DNA of 14,510 nucleotides. Origin: a virus (lineage: Duplodnaviria; Heunggongvirae; Uroviricota; Caudoviricetes). The position numbers were made by a program, and so were the translations under genes. Under the pieces are notes generated by a model. It was not told the origin of the DNA and searched no databases. It worked only from the letters and a program-made list of their open reading frames with translations. Positions within the stretch are counted from its first letter, which is position 1; the number at the start of each line of letters is the position of its first letter. The stretch lies in the IMG/VR virus record IMGVR_UViG_3300039208_000295, one strand, 5' to 3'. This document shows positions 7,830-14,380 of this stretch, piece after piece.

Positions 7830-8479
7830 TTTTGCAGACGAATAATGGTGTCCGCATGAGCGGCACCCGGAGTCATAACCCGACTAACAGAAATGCGTCC
7901 ACCAAGTTCTGCGAGAAACGTAGACATCTTCCGCCAACTATACGTATTCCAAAAATGAGTTACCTCAGGCCGTCCTTCGATCCCTGAACTTCTTTCTTCA
8001 ATTCTATGATCATCTTCATCAATAGGATCCAAAAACAAAACAATAACAAGTTCCGATTCGGCAATTTCAAACGCTTTACGAACTACCTCTTCGTACTGAC
8101 CATGCGGCAAGTGTTCTAAAATGTGTCGTAACACTACAACATGCTGAGAGTTATTACCAAAATACTGATCTAACTCTTGAGCATAACCCTGCACCAATGT
8201 AATTTCTTCACCATACAGACCACGAGCGTGAGCGAGTAGTTTGTCAGTGAGATCAAAACCGGTATAATCGCACTTCACGCCCATACGTTTCCAACATTCC
8301 CAGTTAACGGCAGAACCACAGGCCACATCTAATACTGTAGGATTATCATAAGCCGCAAGAATACGACCAAGAGCCTGCCGACCCAGATTCGTAATACCAG
8401 TTTGATGATTACGTAGGAAATTTTTTACTGTTTCTTCTGAGAAGAAGTCATGATCATTGCTGTGCGTTTTGTAATTCAT
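7826..8479 (-). CDS. Class I SAM-dependent methyltransferase, about 217 aa
   Basis: VLDVACGS, YTGFD, VVVLRHILEHL. Start placed at ATG 8479; the track start at 8509 overlaps the upstream gene further. Confidence 0.8.
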   Translation of the reverse strand: MNYKTHSNDHDFFSEETVKNFLRNHQTGITNLGRQALGRILAAYDNPTVLDVACGSAVNWECWKRMGVKCDYTGFDLTDKLLAHARGLYGEEITLVQGYAQELDQYFGNNSQHVVVLRHILEHLPHGQYEEVVRKAFEIAESELVIVLFLDPIDEDDHRIEERSSGIEGRPEVTHFWNTYSWRKMSTFLAELGGRISVSRVMTPGAAHADTIIRLQK

Positions 8480-8657
8480 GAAGCTTAAAGTCCATTTCTC
8501 GTGAAGCACGAATCAGAGCAACGCCCATCGTGATAGCAAAATCACCATCTTTGATTCTAATACATTGTCCAGTACGTTTGCCATAATCATCAAGTGGCAA
8601 CAATCTTAAAGCACCATCTCTATCAAAAGTTAATGCATAATTAGTAAACTCTTTCAT
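8454..8657 (-). CDS. Hypothetical protein, 67 aa
   Basis: ATG at 8657 overlaps the upstream TGA (ATGA), with TAAGGAG 8 nt upstream. Confidence 0.75.
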   Translation of the reverse strand: MKEFTNYALTFDRDGALRLLPLDDYGKRTGQCIRIKDGDFAITMGVALIRASREMDFKLHELQNAQQ

Positions 8658-9250
8658 GACCAATACTCCTTATTCTGCTGCTGAAATTCTCTGTAATTAG
8701 CATCAATAACAGCATCATGAACGTCATACTGCATATCAAAATCAATCTGACCTTCCCACTTCCAATGTACGCCGCCTGGACCAGTCCATTTCGGAATAGG
8801 GTATTTCATTAATAAATCATAACGTTTAGGAGTAAAACGAAGCTTATCTCCATACTCCTCGATCATCCACTTATGATGATTTGCACCGAATGTCCACACA
8901 CTGTGGTCATTATTCCAAAAGAATTTGACTGACTCCGCACCACGATGAGGAATCTCAATGATACCTCGCTTCGCCACACGGCTCATCTCTCTCATTGCGA
9001 GAACTGGCGAAGTTAAATCCTCTAGCGTTTGCGAGCAAATACAAACATCAAAATGCTTATCTGGGAATGGAAACGTGTCGGCGGCCAGGTCGAGCAGCAC
9101 GTATTCTTTGCCACCCTTACCTAAATTCATAATGTCAATCACTACATCGGCAATCGGCACTGGATCCATAGCACCGCCAACATCAAGAATCTTCTCTCGT
9201 CCTTCTTTGAAATTAAGCTCCGCAAGGAGCTTCTGCCAATGATCTCTCAT
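8654..9250 (-). CDS. Class I SAM-dependent methyltransferase (Methyltransf_11-like)
   Basis: ILDVGG, FPFPDKHFDVCICSQTLEDL, EMSRVAKRGIIEIP, HHKW. Confidence 0.8.
   Translation of the reverse strand: MRDHWQKLLAELNFKEGREKILDVGGAMDPVPIADVVIDIMNLGKGGKEYVLLDLAADTFPFPDKHFDVCICSQTLEDLTSPVLAMREMSRVAKRGIIEIPHRGAESVKFFWNNDHSVWTFGANHHKWMIEEYGDKLRFTPKRYDLLMKYPIPKWTGPGGVHWKWEGQIDFDMQYDVHDAVIDANYREFQQQNKEYWS
8666..8672 (-). promoter_or_regulatory. Shine-Dalgarno site (TAAGGAG) for the 67-aa orphan
   Basis: Minus strand reads aTAAGGAGtattggtcATGa. Confidence 0.75.
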
Positions 9251-9507
9251 CCCGTAATATCTCCGTTAAGCTCAATTTTGCTATCTTCATAAGGAGCAAC
9301 AAACCTACGATAAAATTCTTGTTTCGCGGACTCCATTGCTCCAACTACAGCATTAGCATTTTCATACTTCATGCCAAACCTACGGCAATAGTCAAGTGCA
9401 ATCATATTAATAATGTAGTTGAATTCGCCAGCATTTTGCACAAGACCAGAAACCATCTCTAGATATGGCTCAAATTTTTTACGATCTTCCGGATTGATAT
9501 AGGGCAT
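9247..9507 (-). CDS. Conserved small phage-type protein (MPYI...NGD family; recalled as DUF6899), 86 aa
   Basis: MPYI.P.DR, GEFNY, VGAMESAKQEFYRR.VAPYED.KI..NGD pattern. Family label is from memory and unverified. Confidence 0.7.
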   Translation of the reverse strand: MPYINPEDRKKFEPYLEMVSGLVQNAGEFNYIINMIALDYCRRFGMKYENANAVVGAMESAKQEFYRRFVAPYEDSKIELNGDITG

Positions 9508-10481
9508 TATAGAATTCCAATTTGGCTAAAAATGTCCTGGAAGCGATGCTTCCACTGATGTTCTGCTAACATTCGCTCATGTCCAGCACGAGCGATAGCT
9601 TCACGCTCTTCATCATGCTCTAGATAGTACTTTAGTTTTTCAATCAGCTCCGGAATAGAGCTAGCGACTTCAATCTCCTTACCAAATTCAAAATAACTTT
9701 GTAGATCATCAGCCGGAGTCGCTAACTGGAACTGACCAATCTGCGGGATCTCGAAGTGACGTCCCTTGATCTGCGGCATAGTTCCATGATGCCACGGATT
9801 AGATAAGTTCAAACAAATTTTAGACTCATTGAACGCAGACAAAACAGAAGGAAAGTGTCTTTCGTAACCGTGCCAGCACTCATAACCATCCCAATAATTA
9901 CCCCAAAGATCCACCTTAATGCCGGCCTCTTGAATGGCGTCAATAATCTCAGCACGCAGAAATTTGCCATCTGGCATTTGGCCGTGTTTCTGTCCAACAA
10001 AACTAACATCGTATTTCTTTTCGGCATCGGGCTCATAAACATAAGACGGTGATCCACCCCACTGAGAACGAATCACTTTCATACCATAATGTTCATACCA
10101 CGGAATAGTATTGGAATGTGTAGTTATAAAGTGACTAACTCGATGCTTGCGAGGCATCACCCAAGAACCAAATCGCCACGATGAATCACAGTCCCATTGG
10201 ATAACCGGAATATCCTTTTTGAGAGCAATCTTTGCGGCTTGCTCGGGAAAATCTAGCTCCTCATTAAAGGCAACATGAAAAACAGCGTCGTAGTCACCCT
10301 CAAGAATAGTCTCTGTAGCACGTCTAATGTCGGCAGACTGATCAGGATATAGATAATCTACATCAAACATACCTTCGTAGGCACATTGTTTGAGGCCCGC
10401 CTCAAGGTTCTGATGCTCGTAAGAGTATCCTTCGGCTTCCTTGCCATAGTTGTATAAAAGGCCAACGTAAAGTAATTTCAT
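9507..10481 (-). CDS. CgeB-type GT-B glycosyltransferase (Glyco_trans_1_2-like)
   Basis: WDCDSSWRF, YDVSFVGQ, SKICLNLS, IKGRHFEIPQIG, YFEFGKEI, YYLEHDEEREAIARAGHER..AEHQW.HR. Confidence 0.87.
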   Translation of the reverse strand: MKLLYVGLLYNYGKEAEGYSYEHQNLEAGLKQCAYEGMFDVDYLYPDQSADIRRATETILEGDYDAVFHVAFNEELDFPEQAAKIALKKDIPVIQWDCDSSWRFGSWVMPRKHRVSHFITTHSNTIPWYEHYGMKVIRSQWGGSPSYVYEPDAEKKYDVSFVGQKHGQMPDGKFLRAEIIDAIQEAGIKVDLWGNYWDGYECWHGYERHFPSVLSAFNESKICLNLSNPWHHGTMPQIKGRHFEIPQIGQFQLATPADDLQSYFEFGKEIEVASSIPELIEKLKYYLEHDEEREAIARAGHERMLAEHQWKHRFQDIFSQIGIL

Positions 10482-11146
10482 CTTGGTACACTCGTATTCA
10501 TACTGTATAAATAAAGACGCTGCGGAATATTATGAAACCGATAGCCATGTTGTAATAATATCAACCACAAGGCCCAATCTTCACAACCAAGAAATCGTTT
10601 ATCTGTTGGGTAATAATTAACCGCCTTAAGGGCGATTTTTCTAAGTAATACTGAACCGTGGGCCATCACATTCTCGACAGGAAGACGAGCCGCGATTTGT
10701 TCATGAGTCTGATACTGTCCTGGCTGAAAACAAGAAGGTTTAAGTTCAGTTAAATTATAAACGTCCCACGCCAACGTGCCGCACACATCAATCTCGTCGT
10801 GTTCAAGCAAGAAGTCACGCTGGGTCTTTAGTTTATCGGGAGCATATGCGTCATCTGCATCTAGATAACCAATCCAATTTCCTTTGCATTTGGAAATACC
10901 GAAGTTCTTGGCGGCTGCCAATCCCTCTTTACGATCTCTCTTATATACCTGAAGATCTAATGCTTGTTTATGACCATTGATCGCTGCCTCGGTATATTCC
11001 CAGCATTCATCTAACACTAGCACTACGTCAAATCGTTTATACGTTTGATTTACTAACGAATCAAGAGCACGAAGCAAAAGGCGATCGTACTCATAGTTCG
11101 TGCTATGCACGCAGATTAAAACTGTGATATCGTCAGCGGTCTTCAT
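10478..11146 (-). CDS. Glycosyltransferase family 2
   Basis: ALDSLVNQTY, GLAAAKNFG, YLDADD (DxD), HGSVLLR, CEDWALW. Confidence 0.92.
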   Translation of the reverse strand: MKTADDITVLICVHSTNYEYDRLLLRALDSLVNQTYKRFDVVLVLDECWEYTEAAINGHKQALDLQVYKRDRKEGLAAAKNFGISKCKGNWIGYLDADDAYAPDKLKTQRDFLLEHDEIDVCGTLAWDVYNLTELKPSCFQPGQYQTHEQIAARLPVENVMAHGSVLLRKIALKAVNYYPTDKRFLGCEDWALWLILLQHGYRFHNIPQRLYLYSMNTSVPR

Positions 11147-12038
11147 TGATGGTTTCTAATAGCATTCGGCAACGATCTTTGTATGTATGATGCCCTAAAA
11201 CATTTTGCTGTCCAATCTTTCTTACAAGATCTAATGCATGAGGATCACTTTGTAGCTCCTTGCATACAGACACTAAATTAGGCACAGACGCATAAGTAAA
11301 ACCTGCACCCAACGCCTTCTCATTGACTTTAAAATCACGCTTCTCGGTAATGACAATAGCCCCAGCAGCGGGAGCTTCCCAATATCGCATGTTCAATAGA
11401 CCGTGCCCCTGGGTCGGGTTCTGATTAATAATCACACGAGAAGAAGCTAGGGCGTCGATATACTCTTCTCTAAATTTGCCACCAATTAACTCTAGATGAA
11501 TACCACTCTTTTCTAATTCTTGTTGAAGTTGAATTCTGTCCGGACGAACTGAGCCGATCAAAGCAAAGTCATGCAGTTTCGGATGATCTAACGGTCGACC
11601 ATGTAATTCTGGGTCGCAAGCATAAGGCAAATAATAAGCGTTAGGGAATTTGTCTAGATCAAGTGGATTGGCAATAAACTGGTAATCAAAATTAAAGAAC
11701 TGTTGTAGGCCAGTAAGATGATCAGGATAGTAACTGGTATCGAATAGCCAGCATGCCGTCTTTTTGGCGTGTACCTGTTGTAATTCGGTGTACTGCGGAT
11801 CACCATCATTACATTCTAAGAATAATAGTAGGTCCCATTCATCTAAAATAATACTACTAATAGCCGCATGTGCAAACTCAGGTTCGCTGGGTAGTTCAGT
11901 AATGAATTCATTAGACTGATACTTAAAACCATATGGTTGAACTTCGTGCCCGAGTTCGCGAAGGGCCTTGACAACCATGTCCCCAGTCGCCCAACCAGGA
12001 GACTGAGGAATACCACGATATGAAACAAGAATTCTCAT
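11133..12038 (-). CDS. CgeB-type GT-B glycosyltransferase (Glyco_trans_1_2-like)
   Basis: WLFDT, YLPYACDPELH, DFALIGS, SRVIINQ, LNMRYWEAPAAGA, HHTYKDRC. Confidence 0.85.
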   Translation of the reverse strand: MRILVSYRGIPQSPGWATGDMVVKALRELGHEVQPYGFKYQSNEFITELPSEPEFAHAAISSIILDEWDLLLFLECNDGDPQYTELQQVHAKKTACWLFDTSYYPDHLTGLQQFFNFDYQFIANPLDLDKFPNAYYLPYACDPELHGRPLDHPKLHDFALIGSVRPDRIQLQQELEKSGIHLELIGGKFREEYIDALASSRVIINQNPTQGHGLLNMRYWEAPAAGAIVITEKRDFKVNEKALGAGFTYASVPNLVSVCKELQSDPHALDLVRKIGQQNVLGHHTYKDRCRMLLETINEDR

Positions 12039-12370
12039 TACTCTAGTTCCCGATCATATCCTACCCGTTCAGACACAATATTAAACTTGCGAGCAATAGC
12101 TGCCTGTAAATCAATACCCTGACGAGCACACAATAAATCTAGATAAGTTACAACGTCAGCAATTTCGTCTCCTAATTGCTGTTGCCAATAAGGATCTGGA
12201 GAAAGCCCCATTGTTTCAGCACGATTAATTTTCTTGGCAACGTTGGCAGCCTCTCCCATTTCTCCAGCGGCGGCACCTGCCCACTCTAGAACGTTCCATC
12301 GCTCCAAGGGAAAGAATTTGTCTTCGGAACGTTCGACGTTTAACTCGCGAAGTCTTTGTAAAAAGTCCAT
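12038..12370 (-). CDS. MazG-like nucleoside triphosphate pyrophosphohydrolase, 110 aa
   Basis: All-alpha NTP-PPase metal-binding motif GEMGEAANVAKK...LGDEIADVVTYLDLL...GIDL..AI..KFN. Confidence 0.85.
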   Translation of the reverse strand: MDFLQRLRELNVERSEDKFFPLERWNVLEWAGAAAGEMGEAANVAKKINRAETMGLSPDPYWQQQLGDEIADVVTYLDLLCARQGIDLQAAIARKFNIVSERVGYDRELE

Positions 12371-13434
12371 TATAGTCTTCCTTGTCCATGCGGGCGACCT
12401 TCAGCGGCACCAGCCGCCGAAATTTCTACCCACTCTGCACGTTCTCGAATTTGTTGTAAATTATTGGCTCCGCAATAAGTCATACCACTACGAATACCAC
12501 CCATAAGATCACTAATTACATTTTCCACTGGGCCTTTGGCGTCTACCCTGATCTCCACCCCTTCGGCAGCCTTCCATTCGGCCATACTGCCCATGAAATC
12601 ATCTTGAGCTTCCTTAGACGCCATGCCACGGAATAATTTATAACGATTTACGTTCATCACGCCGCTACGCTGACCACTTTTACTGTCTTCATATCGGAAG
12701 GTGCTTTCGTCCACTTCTTCAATAATTTCGCCCGGAGTCTCATTCGTGCCAGCCAGCATTCCGCCCAGCATAATTGCGTCGGCTCCGGCCACAAACGCCT
12801 TCACTGCATCTCCAGGAGTACGGATACCGCCATCAGCAATCTTAAACACATTAACCCGTGAGCATTCCTGGATCGCCGTAAATTGTGGAATACCAAATCC
12901 TGTCTTGATACGCGTAGTACAAACACTGCCGGGTCCGACGCCAATCTTGATGGCGTCCGCACCCACGGAGCTTAAGTACTCTGCACCGGTACGTGTACAC
13001 ACGTTACCAGCAATCACAAACGTGTCTGGATATGCTTCCTTAATCTGCTTAACAAGCTCGCCCACAGCCCGCGAATGTCCGTGAGCAATATCGATACAAA
13101 AATAACGAGCACCTACTTCGTAAAGGGCCGACACGCGATCTAGCCCCTCATTGACACCTAACGAAATAATTGTGTCATATCCTCTTGAATTGAGAATGCT
13201 AAACATGCCTCTATTATCTTCAATAGAGCAGAAACGATGAAGGACTCCCAGACCACCCAGATTATTCATCTCGGCAGCCATGTCTACACCCGTGACCGTA
13301 TTCATATTAGCAGAGAACACAGGAATTTCCAGTTTTAACTCACCAAACTCAACGCTGGTATCTGGGTTTTTCCTGCTAGCGATATTGTTAAATCGTGGAA
13401 CTAATTGAATGTCATCAAAAGATAAAGCTCTCAT
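12370..13434 (-). CDS. IMP dehydrogenase / GMP reductase family enzyme without CBS domains; flap resembles GMP reductase
   Basis: LSFDDIQLVP, SANMNTVT, IDIAHGHS, VIAGNV, KIGVGPGSVCTTR (catalytic Cys), IADGGIR..GD..KA, MLGGMLAG, FRGMAS, AEG, GGIRSGMTYCG. Confidence 0.92.
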   Translation of the reverse strand: MRALSFDDIQLVPRFNNIASRKNPDTSVEFGELKLEIPVFSANMNTVTGVDMAAEMNNLGGLGVLHRFCSIEDNRGMFSILNSRGYDTIISLGVNEGLDRVSALYEVGARYFCIDIAHGHSRAVGELVKQIKEAYPDTFVIAGNVCTRTGAEYLSSVGADAIKIGVGPGSVCTTRIKTGFGIPQFTAIQECSRVNVFKIADGGIRTPGDAVKAFVAGADAIMLGGMLAGTNETPGEIIEEVDESTFRYEDSKSGQRSGVMNVNRYKLFRGMASKEAQDDFMGSMAEWKAAEGVEIRVDAKGPVENVISDLMGGIRSGMTYCGANNLQQIRERAEWVEISAAGAAEGRPHGQGRL

Positions 13435-14123
13435 CGTACTGGTCCTATCTGAGTAAGTACTTGGGCATGCTCCGCATTGGGAATATTATTTTCGTCATAA
13501 ATAGCACCAACAAATTCAGTACCATTACGAATCGTAGGAAACGATTTAGCTTGCGGCTCCAAACTAAAGAATTCGTCATGCACCATAGAGTTGTTTACAA
13601 CTCTCGGATAAATTTCTGCCTTCAAAAAGTCTTGATCTGTTTGCCAGCGATCTTCTTGATTCCAAGCCAACATTAGATCAAAAAACTCAGGTACTGCACC
13701 CTTTTTCATGCCCCACATGCCACCAAGAATTTGTGTGGCGTGATAAGGATGATCTCTCATAATATGAAAACCCGCCGTACTTGCAAGCCACTCATCTACG
13801 GCGGCAGCTTCTCTCGCCGAAAGGCGAGAATCACAATCTCGCACAATTAACACATCAATCTCGGGCAACATTTCAAAACGCCAAAACATTCCACGCCAGT
13901 CGCCAATTGCCATCTTACCGTCGTCAGGATCTATCCGATGAAAGACACGCACATAATCAAATTCACCAAGTGCATGATGCACATAATTAGGAACTTGGCT
14001 ATCTACATGAAAATGACATTCCCATCCAGGATACACCTCGCCCGCCAAACGGGCGTTCTCAATTGCTCCCTGGCAATATTTGGGGTCATTCCCCCATAAG
14101 GAAAAACTGATCACCTTCTTCAT
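13431..14123 (-). CDS. Conserved hypothetical protein (KKVISFSLWG family), putative GT-A-like transferase, 230 aa
   Basis: ISFSLWG..P.Y..GA, YPGW, GMFWRF, IVRDCDSR (DxD), FHIMRDHPYH, ILGGMWG, DQDFL. Start placed at ATG 14123, with GAGG upstream. Confidence 0.6.
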   Translation of the reverse strand: MKKVISFSLWGNDPKYCQGAIENARLAGEVYPGWECHFHVDSQVPNYVHHALGEFDYVRVFHRIDPDDGKMAIGDWRGMFWRFEMLPEIDVLIVRDCDSRLSAREAAAVDEWLASTAGFHIMRDHPYHATQILGGMWGMKKGAVPEFFDLMLAWNQEDRWQTDQDFLKAEIYPRVVNNSMVHDEFFSLEPQAKSFPTIRNGTEFVGAIYDENNIPNAEHAQVLTQIGPVR

Positions 14124-14379
14124 CTTCACCCTCAAGTTCTTCTACCATTAGTAGAGATTGAGTCACAAGATCTTCAACCTCTTCTCGGGAAATATTCTGA
14201 AACGCAGTGATTCCTTTATCTCTGTCTTCAAAGTAAGGAGCTACACGCAGTTCAATATCATCGTGCCAAAAACGAAACACGGTACAAATACCATCTATTT
14301 CGTCTTCTGGTGTAGCCAGATAGACAACAACATCGTGCCCTAATACGTCTTCAAAAATTCTAGCGTTATTCCGTTGCAT
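14086..14379 (-). CDS. Small highly acidic hypothetical protein, 97 aa
   Basis: ATG at 14379 lies 1 nt after the macrodomain stop, with GAGG upstream. The track start at 14424 lies inside the macrodomain gene. Confidence 0.7.
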   Translation of the reverse strand: MQRNNARIFEDVLGHDVVVYLATPEDEIDGICTVFRFWHDDIELRVAPYFEDRDKGITAFQNISREEVEDLVTQSLLMVEELEGEDEEGDQFFLMGE

Positions 14380-14380
14380 A

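Noticed and set aside
31-12410. Alternative-frame minus-strand ORFs (31-297, 3124-3309, 3316-3552, 8958-9242, 9809-10057, 11843-12028, 12225-12410)
   Set aside because: They lie within or across genes with clear family motifs in another frame; 31-297 is an off-frame shadow of gmd.
385-14343. All plus-strand ORFs in the track (e.g. 385-576, 1165-1413, 4228-4479, 4710-5033, 5579-5884, 6174-6470, 12701-13084, 13395-13676)
   Set aside because: Each lies antisense to a well-supported minus-strand gene, shows no recognisable motif and has no room for its own promoter. They are shadow ORFs.
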